64,000 bases of DNA from Bacteroidia bacterium. Its GTDB lineage: Bacteria > Bacteroidota > Bacteroidia > UBA8524. Below the pieces are notes generated by a model. It searched no databases. It was not told the origin of the DNA and saw only the letters and a list, made by a program, of their open reading frames with translations. The DNA is taken from positions 1,033,083 to 1,097,082 of the forward strand of contig OZ244977.1 of assembly GCA_965222995.1 (NCBI GenBank), given 5' to 3'. Positions 40,712 to 50,973 of the stretch are shown here, one piece after another. Both the position numbers and the translations under genes were made by a program. Each line of letters starts with the position of its first letter. The first letter of the stretch is position 1.

Positions 40712-41505
40712 AAAGAGTTTTTAGAAAGTCTTCTCAAAATACTGGGCAATACAAAAGAAGGTACAATAGCTTTTAGTACAACATTTAACTTGTCGCTAAA
40801 GGTAGGGCGTATTACAGCCTTATTATTTAAAACCCCTTGAACTGCAATAGCAGCTATTTTTTCAGGCTCTGCAATACTGGTAATATATTTTCGCCAACCG
40901 ATTTTCCTAATACGGTCTCTTACCTCATCATTAGTAATCATAGGACCCGGTGTAATGCAACTTACATTTACTTTTTTCTCCTTATACTCTTGGCGTAAGG
41001 CTTGTGAAAAGGTTAGTACAAAGCCTTTTGATGCTGAGTAAATAGCCTTATAGGGTAAAGGAAAATATGCAGCCATACTAGCTACATTTAATATAAATGA
41101 AGGCGCATTATCAATAAGTTTTGCTGATAGTATATGGGTAAGCTTTGTAGTAAAAGCAATGTTTATTTGTAAAAGATTATTTACAAAATCAGGAGTTAGC
41201 TCTTCAAAAGCTTTGGCATAACCAAAGCCCACATTATTTACCAAACCATGTAAGTGAATTTTTTCCTTATCAATCCACTCTGTAATTGTATTATGTGCAT
41301 CATTATGAAGCATATCCACTGCCAATACTTTTACAGAGATATTAGAGTACTTTTGTTCAAGTTCACCTTTTAACTCATCCAACTCACTTTGGAGTAATGA
41401 TGCCAATGCAACGGAATATCCTTTTTGTGCAAACTCAATAGCCAAGCATTTACCCAAACCTGCACCTGCACCGGTTATAAGCACATATTTCTCTCTATTT
41501 TGCAT
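40708..41505 (-). CDS. short-chain dehydrogenase/reductase (SDR)
   Basis: TGAGAGLG cofactor motif and YxxxK (YSASK). 265 aa. Confidence 0.75.
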   Translation of the reverse strand: MQNREKYVLITGAGAGLGKCLAIEFAQKGYSVALASLLQSELDELKGELEQKYSNISVKVLAVDMLHNDAHNTITEWIDKEKIHLHGLVNNVGFGYAKAFEELTPDFVNNLLQINIAFTTKLTHILSAKLIDNAPSFILNVASMAAYFPLPYKAIYSASKGFVLTFSQALRQEYKEKKVNVSCITPGPMITNDEVRDRIRKIGWRKYITSIAEPEKIAAIAVQGVLNNKAVIRPTFSDKLNVVLKAIVPSFVLPSILRRLSKNSF

Positions 41506-41508
41506 GGT

Positions 41509-42498
41509 TTATTTAATCTTTCCTTCTTTTCTTAACCAGCTTACTGTTTTCTTAATACCTTCTTCAAAGGGAGTGAGCTCTATACCCAACTCGGTTTTTG
41601 CCTTACTGTTATCCAGTATCCAATCATACATATACCTTTTTACCCATGATGGGGTTATAGCAGGCTTAACACCGAAAACTGCTAAAAACTTCATAATTCC
41701 TGAAATAACTAACATAACACCTACAGGAATATGAATCATTTTTTGTTTAGCACCTGTGTATTGTTTCGCAATATCAAAATATCTATTGAAATCTAAGTTT
41801 TCGCCACCAATAATGTAGCGCTCACCACTTTTGCCTTTATCAATTGCATTGTAACATGCTTCTAACACATCATCAATATAAACATAGTTGCCAATGCTTT
41901 TTCCATTACCCGGAATAATTCGCCACCCTTCTGATACTTGCTTTAATAGGCGTGTACCTGCATTAGCTTCAGTTAATTGACCGGGACCAAAAACACGGCT
42001 TAGATTCAATGCACAAACTTCTAATGCCGGTGAACTTTTTTCAAGGAGCCACTGTTCAGCTTCTGCTTTGGTTTCCTCATACTCATTAAAAAAGGGGAGA
42101 ATGCGCTCACTTTTTTCGGTAACGGGTGTTCCGTTACTTGGTCCAAGTACTCCTGCTGAAGAAATGAAAATCATTTTCTTTACACCACTTTTTTGGGCAG
42201 CATAAAATACTTGTTGGCTTCCTTTTACATTTATATCTGTAAATAATTGAGGGGTTTTAGTATAAACTGCTGCAAATGCTGCCGAATGAATTACTACATC
42301 ACAAGTGAGCATAGCTTCAATCATTGCCTCGTTATTAGTTAGGTCTCCGTAAAAAAGCTCAATACCATCGTGCTGTAACAAATGGTTTTTTTGTTTTGAA
42401 CGGACAAGTGCATGAACGGTTATTCCTTTGTCTGCCAGAAAGTTTGCTATTCTATTACCTATATATCCTGTCCCTCCCGTTAAAAAAACTTTCATCAC
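41509..42498 (-). CDS. NAD-dependent epimerase/dehydratase (extended SDR)
   Basis: GGTGYIG Rossmann motif. 329 aa. Its stop abuts the start of the SDR gene. Confidence 0.75.
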   Translation of the reverse strand: MMKVFLTGGTGYIGNRIANFLADKGITVHALVRSKQKNHLLQHDGIELFYGDLTNNEAMIEAMLTCDVVIHSAAFAAVYTKTPQLFTDINVKGSQQVFYAAQKSGVKKMIFISSAGVLGPSNGTPVTEKSERILPFFNEYEETKAEAEQWLLEKSSPALEVCALNLSRVFGPGQLTEANAGTRLLKQVSEGWRIIPGNGKSIGNYVYIDDVLEACYNAIDKGKSGERYIIGGENLDFNRYFDIAKQYTGAKQKMIHIPVGVMLVISGIMKFLAVFGVKPAITPSWVKRYMYDWILDNSKAKTELGIELTPFEEGIKKTVSWLRKEGKIK

Positions 42499-43203
42499 TT
42501 AAATCTTCTTAAAGTCAACTTGCATTAAAGGGTTGGCATTTATAGCTATTAAACTGTTTGAAAGTGCTAAGGTTAAATGTATAAGCCATGCCGCCCAAAA
42601 ATTTCCTGTATAGTAGCTCACTAAGCATAATACAACCCCAAAAGGAAGTGATGCAATTATTTCAAGCCTTCCTTTGGGTAAATGTGCTACTGCATATAGA
42701 ATGCAGTTTATAGTAATGTTTAGCCATAGGGGTAAAATATCAACGCCTGCAAAAAATAATACCCCTCTAAATAAAAACTCATACCCCAATAAGTATATAG
42801 CCCAGCCCAATATATAATATGCCAAAAGGCTTATACTCCATGTTTGGGTGCGTATATGGGGGTAAATCATGTAGTTTTTTGGTTTACCTGCCCTAATAAT
42901 ATTTACGGTGAGAACAATAGCTCCAAAAATGCCCCATGCTATGAATACTTTTTGTGGGTTAGTGAAATTAATACCCAATGCTTTGGCATCATACAACCCC
43001 ATTAGCTGTAAAACTATTAAGGGTAGTAAAAGCATTAATACAAAACCGGCAAACTTTTCTAATCCTACATAAAAAATATTGGCTTTGTTAAAGCCTACTT
43101 TTTCTTGCAAATAGGCTTCTACTTTTTTTCGGCTATAGAGAAGCCAAAAGTAAAAAGCAAAACCAATTACGAATAGGGTATACGATATAATAAAGGTTTG
43201 CAA
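42499..43203 (-). CDS. CPBP-family (CAAX) intramembrane metalloprotease
   Basis: Multi-TM protein with EFLFRGVLF and a later H motif characteristic of Abi/CPBP. 234 aa. Confidence 0.6.
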   Translation of the reverse strand: MQTFIISYTLFVIGFAFYFWLLYSRKKVEAYLQEKVGFNKANIFYVGLEKFAGFVLMLLLPLIVLQLMGLYDAKALGINFTNPQKVFIAWGIFGAIVLTVNIIRAGKPKNYMIYPHIRTQTWSISLLAYYILGWAIYLLGYEFLFRGVLFFAGVDILPLWLNITINCILYAVAHLPKGRLEIIASLPFGVVLCLVSYYTGNFWAAWLIHLTLALSNSLIAINANPLMQVDFKKI

Positions 43204-43280
43204 AACAGCCGCAAATTAAAGGTTTAAAGCTTTAAAAGAATGCCTTTGTGGATAGAATGTAAAATGAAGGTGATGAAACG

Positions 43281-43844
43281 TTATTTGGTATTATAAATAT
43301 TCATAGTGCGTTCAATACCTATAGCGGTATAAGACAATACAGCATTGGCTGCATTTTGTATATAGGTTTCAATATCTTTTTGTTCTTCGGTGCTCCATTG
43401 TTCAAGTACATAATCCACTTGTCTTCCTCTGGCAAAATTATCTCCAATGCCGAAACGGAGCCTTGGGTATTGATTATTGCCCAATACCTGATTAATATTT
43501 TTTAAACCGTTATGCCCGCCGTCACTACCTTTACCACGCATACGCAGTTTACCGAAAGGTAGTGATAAATCATCAGTAACAACCATAATGTTAGCTTCTT
43601 TTAGCTTCAACTCATTCATCCAATAGGCAACTGCTTTTCCGCTTAAATTCATATAAGTAGTTGGCTTAATTAAGTGAAGTGTTCTGCCTTTGTATTTCCC
43701 TTCGGCATGGAAAGAGTGTCGGCTTAAATCAAAACTTACATCCAGTCTTTTTGCTATTTCATTTACAACTTCAAAGCCAATATTGTGGCGGATAAACTCA
43801 TATTCAGGACCAATATTTCCTAATCCGGCTATAAGATATTTCAT
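43281..43844 (-). CDS. pth: peptidyl-tRNA hydrolase
   Basis: The N-terminus LIAGLGNIGPEYEFIRHNIGF and catalytic His region fit Pth. 187 aa. Confidence 0.9.
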   Translation of the reverse strand: MKYLIAGLGNIGPEYEFIRHNIGFEVVNEIAKRLDVSFDLSRHSFHAEGKYKGRTLHLIKPTTYMNLSGKAVAYWMNELKLKEANIMVVTDDLSLPFGKLRMRGKGSDGGHNGLKNINQVLGNNQYPRLRFGIGDNFARGRQVDYVLEQWSTEEQKDIETYIQNAANAVLSYTAIGIERTMNIYNTK

Positions 43845-43847
43845 GTT

Positions 43848-45077
43848 TTATTTTCCGAAATACATTTCTTGTTGAGATGACCTTAAAGAAGGGTATAATG
43901 ATGTTAGTGCACCTAAAGTTAGTGTGGTAAAGAATATAAGTATAATATCACTAATTTTCATTTGCACGGGATAATCAGAAACCACAAAAGTACCTTCACC
44001 TCCCAGTTTAATTATGCCATAACTTTGTTGTATCCAACATACTAACACACCCAAAGCAATACCTATGATTGCACCTATAAGTGCTATAATTAAACCCTCT
44101 TTAAAAAATATTTTTCTGATAAGTCCGTCAGAGGCTCCCATACTTTTAAGTACAGAAATATCTCCTTTTTTGTCTATCACCAGCATGGTTAGAGAACCGA
44201 TAACATTAAAGGCTGCCACTAACAATATAAATGTGAGGATAAAATATGTTGCCCATCGTTCTGTATTAAAAACACGGTACAGTACTTCTTGCATTTGGTA
44301 ACGGTTTTTTACCTCAAAGCCCGTGCCCATCGTTTTTTGTATCTGTTGTTGGATTTTGCCTTCGTTTACTCCGCTTTTCAAGATAATTTCAAGTGCAGAA
44401 ATTCCCCTGTCATATTCAAGCATTTTTTTTGCAAAACCAAGCGGTACAATGGCATATTTTTTATTTATCTCTTCTTCAACACTAAAAATACCTGCCGGGG
44501 TGATAAATTTTTTTACCAAAGCATTCTCAGGGCTTAATACATCAGTAGTTTCACCCCGTTTTGGAATAAATACGGATAGTTGAGCAAAAGAATTGTCTAC
44601 ATTAACCGATAAAAAGCGAGCTATTCCATAACCTAAAACAGCAAAGTTGTAGTTATCTTTTTTTAGTGTTAGTTCTCCCTCTACCATCATAGTGTCTAAG
44701 CCACTATACTTGGTAAAACCACCTCCAACGCCTTTTATTGTGGCAAAGGTTTGCTTATCGCCATATTTTAGAAGTGCATTTTCTTCCAACACTTCGGTAA
44801 CATGGAGTATGCCATCTATATTTTTTAATTCGGCAATTTTAGTAGTATCAGGATTAAACACTTTGCCTTTTGTGGCAACTATCTTCATATCAGGGTCAAA
44901 GGAGTTATATAGTGAAACCACAAGCCCCTCAAAACCATTGAAAACTGAAAGTACTACCACTAATGCAAATGAGCCTACTGCAAACCCTGCAACAGAAATT
45001 CCTGAAATAATGTTGATGGCGTTTTTATTGTTTTTTGAAAACAAATACCGCCTTGATATGAAGTTTGAAAGATTCAA
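43848..45077 (-). CDS. FtsX-like ABC transporter permease (LolC/E-like)
   Basis: N-terminal TM, large periplasmic loop and three C-terminal TMs (FtsX fold). 409 aa. Confidence 0.7.
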   Translation of the reverse strand: MNLSNFISRRYLFSKNNKNAINIISGISVAGFAVGSFALVVVLSVFNGFEGLVVSLYNSFDPDMKIVATKGKVFNPDTTKIAELKNIDGILHVTEVLEENALLKYGDKQTFATIKGVGGGFTKYSGLDTMMVEGELTLKKDNYNFAVLGYGIARFLSVNVDNSFAQLSVFIPKRGETTDVLSPENALVKKFITPAGIFSVEEEINKKYAIVPLGFAKKMLEYDRGISALEIILKSGVNEGKIQQQIQKTMGTGFEVKNRYQMQEVLYRVFNTERWATYFILTFILLVAAFNVIGSLTMLVIDKKGDISVLKSMGASDGLIRKIFFKEGLIIALIGAIIGIALGVLVCWIQQSYGIIKLGGEGTFVVSDYPVQMKISDIILIFFTTLTLGALTSLYPSLRSSQQEMYFGK

Positions 45078-45150
45078 CCTATTTGCTATTGGGGCAAAAA
45101 TAAGGTTTTAGCCTTTAGCTATACCATTGTTTAAAGAAAAGTGTTTAGGC

Positions 45151-45957
45151 TTATTTATAAGCTTTTACCAGCATACCAGTACCCGATAAGTGCCCTACGT
45201 GTGTATCTAAATAGTTTAGAAGCAGGCAAATGGGTGCCATAATTAAATAGTATATCGGAAGTATTAGTAAAAACCACTTAGAAATATGCAGTAACTTGAA
45301 GGGGAGTTTCATAGATAATGTCCAGGATAGTTTGCCCGCTTTACCGTATGCATACCTTCCACGTACTTTTTTAAAGCCCAGCTTTTTTAAACGGTGCTTC
45401 AAGTCTTTCATGTCGTAACCAACTCTCACTTTCTCTCCGTGCATACCAGTGCTTAAACACTCTAACGGTTTTTCTCCTTTTTTACAAGATTGAGTAAAGA
45501 GCAACAAGTTACCATCGTTCTTAAGGTCTTCATAAAAAACTTTTAGTAGCTTATCGTCCTCTTCAACGTACTCAATCATATCTATGGCTAAAATCAAGTC
45601 GTAGGACTCAGGTTGTTCAAGTTCAAGTACATCACCGCTGCGGCAAAACACATTGGGTCTGCTAACTCTTCTAAAAAAGTTATTACAATCGCAAATAGCT
45701 TGTTGGCGTAAATCTACAGCTGTAACATTATAGTTAGGGTTTAGTTTAGACATATAATAACTATACTGTCCGTACCCTGAACCTGCATCTAAAATATGTG
45801 ATGGATGTTTATTTGCATTTGCCCAAATACGCATTTCGCGATGTATGTGCCAACTTTTTAGCATGAAAAAGTCAAGCAACCAAAAAAAGAACCTTTTTTG
45901 GCGGGTTGTGCTACCGAAAACAGTAGTCAATGTTGAATCTATATGCTGGCAGTCCAC
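45151..45957 (-). CDS. class I SAM-dependent methyltransferase
   Basis: Motif I LDAGSGYGQYSYY. 268 aa. Confidence 0.6.
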   Translation of the reverse strand: MDCQHIDSTLTTVFGSTTRQKRFFFWLLDFFMLKSWHIHREMRIWANANKHPSHILDAGSGYGQYSYYMSKLNPNYNVTAVDLRQQAICDCNNFFRRVSRPNVFCRSGDVLELEQPESYDLILAIDMIEYVEEDDKLLKVFYEDLKNDGNLLLFTQSCKKGEKPLECLSTGMHGEKVRVGYDMKDLKHRLKKLGFKKVRGRYAYGKAGKLSWTLSMKLPFKLLHISKWFLLILPIYYLIMAPICLLLNYLDTHVGHLSGTGMLVKAYK

Positions 45958-45965
45958 GATATTAC

Positions 45966-46346
45966 TTAGCTAATTGTACTATCTGATGCATTATTGTCAT
46001 CGTCTTTAATTTTCTTAAAAATGTTTTCCATGTGGTCAACATAATCAAGGCTGTCATCTATAAAAAACTCTAATTCAGGTACTTTTCGTACTTGGTTTTT
46101 CACTTTTTTTGCCAATTCGTGTCTTATTTCTTTTTTATGAAGTTGTACTAAATCAAATAGTTCAGCCTTATTTTCAGGCTTAAAAAAACTTAAATACACT
46201 TTTGCATACCCCAAATCGGGTGATATTGAGACGTTACTTATTGTAATAAAGTTCCCTTTGAAAAGCGTTGATGTTTTCCTTTGAAAAATATCTCCCAAAT
46301 CACGCTGAACTAATTTCGAAAATTTTTCCTGCCTTCGGCTATTCAT
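45966..46346 (-). CDS. rbfA: ribosome-binding factor A
   Basis: KH-like RbfA pattern (…RQEKFSKLVQRDLGDIF…ITISNVSISPDLGYAKVYLS…). 126 aa. Confidence 0.85.
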   Translation of the reverse strand: MNSRRQEKFSKLVQRDLGDIFQRKTSTLFKGNFITISNVSISPDLGYAKVYLSFFKPENKAELFDLVQLHKKEIRHELAKKVKNQVRKVPELEFFIDDSLDYVDHMENIFKKIKDDDNNASDSTIS

Positions 46347-46512
46347 AAACTACACACAAATATCTGTTACTTTTATGTAATACATACACATAAAATATGC
46401 CTAAGTTATAAACCATTAAATTTCAATAGAATAAAAATTTGTACATACAGTTGTTAGTTTATCCTAACTCATAATTGTAAAAATTATTACTCAGTTCTTA
46501 TCTTCGCCGCAA

Positions 46513-47145
46513 GTGGAGACCTTTGAAATTATAAGGAATGGATTTGCTACAGGTTTAGTGTTAAGTCTGGGGCTAGGGGCTGTTTTTTTTGCTTTGATAC
46601 AAAACAGTATAAAAAACGGCTATAAAACAGGTATTGCCATAGCCTCAGGTGTTATTGTGTCAGATATAATATTTGTAACCTTTGCTTTATTAGGTACCAG
46701 CTTGTTTAGTGAGGGAGACTTACAGAGTAAGTGGGTACAGGTTATAGCCATTTCTTTCCTACTATTTTTAGGAGTATATAATTTTATCCATGCTAAGAAA
46801 CCTATTGACAGGACTATACAAAACCAAAGTATAAGTTTTGGCAGCGCATTAATGTATTTTGGAAAAGGCTTTTTACTTAACGGTCTTAATCCCGCTAATT
46901 TTTTTGCCTGGACTGTAATATGTACTACTACCACAGGCTCACTAAACTATAGCTTAAACGATAATATTATTTTTTTTGCGTCGGCTTTGGTGGCTATATT
47001 TTTTATGGAAGTGTTAATATCACTGGGTGCCCATAAGATTAAAAATAAGTTAACCGATAAAGTTATGCTTTGGATTAACAGAGTTAGCGGAGCAATTTAT
47101 ATACTGGTTGCTATTGCTTTATTAGTGGGATTGTTTGCTATATAG
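46513..47145 (+). CDS. LysE-family amino-acid exporter
   Basis: Six-TM protein with a LysE/RhtB-like N-terminus. GTG start directly preceded by TATCTTCGCCGCA. Confidence 0.65.
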   Translation: METFEIIRNGFATGLVLSLGLGAVFFALIQNSIKNGYKTGIAIASGVIVSDIIFVTFALLGTSLFSEGDLQSKWVQVIAISFLLFLGVYNFIHAKKPIDRTIQNQSISFGSALMYFGKGFLLNGLNPANFFAWTVICTTTTGSLNYSLNDNIIFFASALVAIFFMEVLISLGAHKIKNKLTDKVMLWINRVSGAIYILVAIALLVGLFAI

Positions 47146-47205
47146 CATAAGTATATTGAAAAAATTATCAGTCTTTTTATAAATTGCCAATATAATGAGC
47201 ATGAT

Positions 47206-49707
47206 ATGAAAAGAATTCTACCCTTATTTTTACTGGTTTTTCTGTTTGGTAATGTGTACTCACAATGTATGCTGGTGCCTGTTCCTTTAACAGAAAGAGC
47301 ACAAAACTCACCTGTTATTGTTGAAGGTGAAGTAGTAAGCCAAAAAAGCTACTGGAATAAAGCACACAACAATATTTATACTTTAAACAAAGTAAGACCT
47401 GTTAAAGTATTTAATTGGAATGCTACAGCCCCCTATACCCAAGACTTTTATGTAGTTACTTTAGGAGGTGTTATCGGTAGTACCATGTTAGAGGTTTCCT
47501 CAACACTACAGCTAAAAGTAGGTGAGGCCGGAGTGTTTTTTGGAATACCGTCTCAAATACAGCTTGATGGTATTGAAGCAAACAATCAGTTGTTGCAATT
47601 TCAGCCCTATTCAGGACCACAAGGCTTTATCCATTTTGATGATAACAAACAGTTTGGACACGATGCCTTTGACACCTATTCAGTAATGCCTGATTTATAT
47701 ACTAAGCTTGAAGCTATGACAGGCAAAAAAATGATTGTACTAGGAACTTACAAAGGAGACATACCCACTACCAATATGGCTCCAACCATAACGTCATTTA
47801 GTCCTGATTCACTTTCAGCAGGTACAAAATCGGTTCTTACCATTACAGGAACAAACTTTGGTTCTACCAGAGGTTCTAGCAAGGTGAGGTTTAGAGATGC
47901 AAACAATGGCGGAAGCAGTTTTTTTGACCCTGAAGATGTAGAGTATGTGTCTTGGACGGATACTGAAATAAAAGTTGAAGTAACTCGCAGAGCAGGAACA
48001 GGTAAGTTTACCGTAGACAATGGTTCGGGAACAGTTCAGTCGGCAACTAATCTTGTAATAACTTTTGCACAACTTAATGTTGTAGACCAAAATAAAGACG
48101 TATTTCAACCCCAACATATCGGTGATAATGGTACAGGGTATACCTGGCAGTTTTTCACTGATTTTGATGCTAACGCTCCGGCAAAACAATCTTTCTTAAG
48201 GGCATTTCAAAACTGGCGTTGCGGTACTTTAATTAATTGGGATATAGGTTCAACCACAACCGTAGATGTGATAGCAAGGGACGGAACTAATGTAGTGCGA
48301 TTTGACGATGGTAATGAGCTACCCAATGGTGTTTTGGGGAGATGTAGCAGTTGGTGGAGCGGCTGTTTTGTTGGGAGTACTACATTGTGGTATGTGGCTG
48401 AGTTGGATATTGTTTTTGATGACGGTAGAAACTGGAACTATGGTCCGGGAGACCCTGCAAATAACCAATATGATTTTGAATCGGTAGCTGTGCATGAGTT
48501 AGGACATGGGCACCAACTCGGGCACGTAATAAAGAGTAGTGAGATTATGCACTATTCTATCTCAAACGGGCAAAAGAAAAGAGTATTAAGCAGTGAAGGA
48601 GATTTAAGCGGAGGAGACTATGTAATGAACTTGAATTTACAAGGTGGCGTTTGCGCTAAAAGCGTAATGGTAGCTTTAAATCCCAATTTTTGTTCTTTAA
48701 TTCCTGTTGCGGGTTTTACCAGTTCTGCAACAACTTTATGCCCGACACAACAAGTAACTTTTACTGATACATCAGGCGGAAGTACAAATAGTTTTACTTG
48801 GGATTTTGGTGCAGGCGCAAGCCCTTCAAATGCAACAGGTAAGGGTCCGCATAATGTTACTTATAGTACTTCAGGTAAGAAAACCGTGCGGTTAATAGTA
48901 GGAGGTGTAATTGGTAATGACACCAGTACGAAAGTAGATTTAATTACTATTGAGCCAGATAAACCTGCTAAGCCGGGAAGTATTTTGGGTCCTGATACAG
49001 GTTGTGTTGGCTCACAGCGTTATGATATTAATGGAGTAGCTGATGCTACTACTTATGAGTGGGGTGTAAACGGAGGCGGAACAGTTAACAAAACTACCGA
49101 TACATTTGCTATGGTATCGTTTGCAGCAACTGTTGGTTCTGCTGATGTTTGGGTTAAAGCTGGAAACTCTTGCGGTATTTCTGACTCTGTTATAAAAACT
49201 ATTCCTGTGTTAGATGTGCCTACATCAGACTTTACGTTTAATATTCAAGGTGATACTATTGTGTTAAACGAAACTTCTCAGGATGCAAATGCTATACTTT
49301 GGAAATTTCCTGACGGTCAAACTTCTGATATACCTAACTTAAACTTTATTCCTGCTCAAAGCGGTTTATTTAATATCAAACTACTGGCTACTAATTTCTG
49401 TGGAACTGATAGTATTGAGAAACCAATAAACTTTATTAAAGTATCAGTTACTGAACTTGAGAATAAAATTGGTTTAAATGTATATCCTAACCCATTTAGT
49501 AACACTGCCACAATTAGTTTTGATAATAGTAAGCATAGCATGCTTAGCTTTGAGATATATGACTTGCTAGGCAAGCAAGTGGTAAGTTATGCTTTGATGA
49601 AGGCTGAAACAACCATTAATCGTCAATATTTGAAGAGTGGGGTATATATATACAAAGCAAGGGCAGGAGGTGAAGTTTTAGCTACAGGAAGATTGACAGT
49701 TCAATAA
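47206..49707 (+). CDS. secreted multidomain zinc metalloprotease (IPT/TIG, metzincin-like HELGHGHQLGH, PKD-like repeats) with T9SS C-terminal domain
   Basis: Signal peptide, an IPT-like segment (ITSFSPDSLSAGTKSVLTITGTNFG), HExxH plus a downstream H and Met (SEIMHY), Ig-like repeats, and a C-terminal LNVYPNPFSNTATISF…GVYIYKARAGGE T9SS CTD. Confidence 0.65.
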   Translation: MKRILPLFLLVFLFGNVYSQCMLVPVPLTERAQNSPVIVEGEVVSQKSYWNKAHNNIYTLNKVRPVKVFNWNATAPYTQDFYVVTLGGVIGSTMLEVSSTLQLKVGEAGVFFGIPSQIQLDGIEANNQLLQFQPYSGPQGFIHFDDNKQFGHDAFDTYSVMPDLYTKLEAMTGKKMIVLGTYKGDIPTTNMAPTITSFSPDSLSAGTKSVLTITGTNFGSTRGSSKVRFRDANNGGSSFFDPEDVEYVSWTDTEIKVEVTRRAGTGKFTVDNGSGTVQSATNLVITFAQLNVVDQNKDVFQPQHIGDNGTGYTWQFFTDFDANAPAKQSFLRAFQNWRCGTLINWDIGSTTTVDVIARDGTNVVRFDDGNELPNGVLGRCSSWWSGCFVGSTTLWYVAELDIVFDDGRNWNYGPGDPANNQYDFESVAVHELGHGHQLGHVIKSSEIMHYSISNGQKKRVLSSEGDLSGGDYVMNLNLQGGVCAKSVMVALNPNFCSLIPVAGFTSSATTLCPTQQVTFTDTSGGSTNSFTWDFGAGASPSNATGKGPHNVTYSTSGKKTVRLIVGGVIGNDTSTKVDLITIEPDKPAKPGSILGPDTGCVGSQRYDINGVADATTYEWGVNGGGTVNKTTDTFAMVSFAATVGSADVWVKAGNSCGISDSVIKTIPVLDVPTSDFTFNIQGDTIVLNETSQDANAILWKFPDGQTSDIPNLNFIPAQSGLFNIKLLATNFCGTDSIEKPINFIKVSVTELENKIGLNVYPNPFSNTATISFDNSKHSMLSFEIYDLLGKQVVSYALMKAETTINRQYLKSGVYIYKARAGGEVLATGRLTVQ

Positions 49708-49725
49708 AAAGTAAACAAACAAACA

Positions 49726-49751
49726 AACTTATAGAAGGGTGCCGCAAGCAC
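49726..49751 (+). terminator. rho-independent terminator after protease gene
   Basis: Hairpin agggtgc/cgcaa/gcaccct followed by a T-run. Confidence 0.65.
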
Positions 49752-49757
49752 CCTTTT

Positions 49758-50114
49758 TTATTTTATTTTTTTGGAGTAAGCCTCTTTCAAAAGTTGTTCA
49801 ACAGCCTCTAGGTTTAAATGTTCAAGCTTTTTGAAACGGATACAACATTTACCCACGTTTACTGTACCAATTTGAGGCAGATATTCATTAATAAGTTTGG
49901 CGTCCATAACATATAGAGACATATAGTTTTTTTGCGATGCAACTGCAAAAAGAAGCTCACCATGCATGGTGTAGGTAGGCATCTTATACATTAGGCTTTC
50001 TTCAACTTCAGGGGCAGTATTGTGTATTAACCCGATTAAGGTTACAATAGCTTCAGTCCTTTCATCAGGAATAGCATCAATATAGGCATCTATGGATGAT
50101 ACTTCGTATTTCAT
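49758..50114 (-). CDS. DUF1801 (YdhG-like) domain protein
   Basis: 118 aa matching the DUF1801 pattern (…DAYIDAIPDERTEAI…MPTYTMHGELLF…). Confidence 0.55.
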   Translation of the reverse strand: MKYEVSSIDAYIDAIPDERTEAIVTLIGLIHNTAPEVEESLMYKMPTYTMHGELLFAVASQKNYMSLYVMDAKLINEYLPQIGTVNVGKCCIRFKKLEHLNLEAVEQLLKEAYSKKIK

Positions 50115-50136
50115 AGTTTTTTCGTTTAAAATAAGA

Positions 50137-50163
50137 AATCCTACTTACAAAGTAAGCAGGATT
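50137..50163 (-). terminator. possible terminator after pyrH
   Basis: 11-bp stem with one mismatch (aatcctacttac/aaa/gtaagcaggatt) and a T-rich tail on the minus strand. Confidence 0.4.
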
Positions 50164-50187
50164 AATTCTAATTTCGATTAAATGGTA

Positions 50188-50910
50188 TTAAGCTTTTACC
50201 AAAGTACCTACAGTTTCACCCTTAGCCAAATCTACAAAGTTGCCTTCTTTGTTCATATCAAAAACTATTATGGGTAAGTTGTTTTCTTGGCAAAGTGTAA
50301 TAGCTGTTAAATCCATTACATTTAAACCTTTAGAGTATACCTCATTATAAGTTACTTCATCATATTTTGTTGCTGTGGTATCTTTTTCAGGGTCGGCAGT
50401 ATAAATACCGTCAACACGTGTACCTTTAAGTACTACATCGGCTTCAATTTCAACCGAGCGTAAAGCAGCAGCTGTGTCAGTAGTAAAATACGGGTTACCG
50501 GTACCTGCACCAAAAATAACTACTCTCCCTTTTTCCAAGTGCCTCATAGCACGGCGGCGGATAAACGGCTCACAAATCTGTTCCATTTTAATGGCACTTA
50601 ACAAGCGGGTTTTTAACCCTAAGCTTTCTATAGCGCCTTGCAATGCCATTGCATTAATTACAGTAGCCAACATACCCATATAATCGCCTTGGGCACGGTC
50701 TACCAAACCACCCTGTACACCTTGTACCCCTCTGAAAATATTACCGCCACCAATTACAATGGCTACCTCAACACCAAGGTTTACAACTTTTAAAATTTCT
50801 TGGGCATACTGTTCTAAGATTTTCGGGTCTATACCGTAATTCTGGCTTCCCATCAGGGCTTCACCGCTAAGTTTTAACAGTACTCTTTTGTATTTTATAG
50901 TTTGGCTCAT
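50188..50910 (-). CDS. pyrH: UMP kinase
   Basis: [21 protein letters not shown] and the rest of the amino-acid-kinase fold. 240 aa. Confidence 0.9.
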   Translation of the reverse strand: MSQTIKYKRVLLKLSGEALMGSQNYGIDPKILEQYAQEILKVVNLGVEVAIVIGGGNIFRGVQGVQGGLVDRAQGDYMGMLATVINAMALQGAIESLGLKTRLLSAIKMEQICEPFIRRRAMRHLEKGRVVIFGAGTGNPYFTTDTAAALRSVEIEADVVLKGTRVDGIYTADPEKDTTATKYDEVTYNEVYSKGLNVMDLTAITLCQENNLPIIVFDMNKEGNFVDLAKGETVGTLVKA

Positions 50911-50928
50911 AGGTTGGTTTAAAAAAGG

Positions 50929-50956
50929 TCAAAAAAAATCCCGCCGAAGCGGGATT
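50929..50956 (-). terminator. intra-operon terminator/attenuator between tsf and pyrH
   Basis: Minus-strand hairpin aatcccgc/ttcg/gcgggatt followed by T8. Confidence 0.55.
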
Positions 50957-50973
50957 AAATATACTAAAAAATA

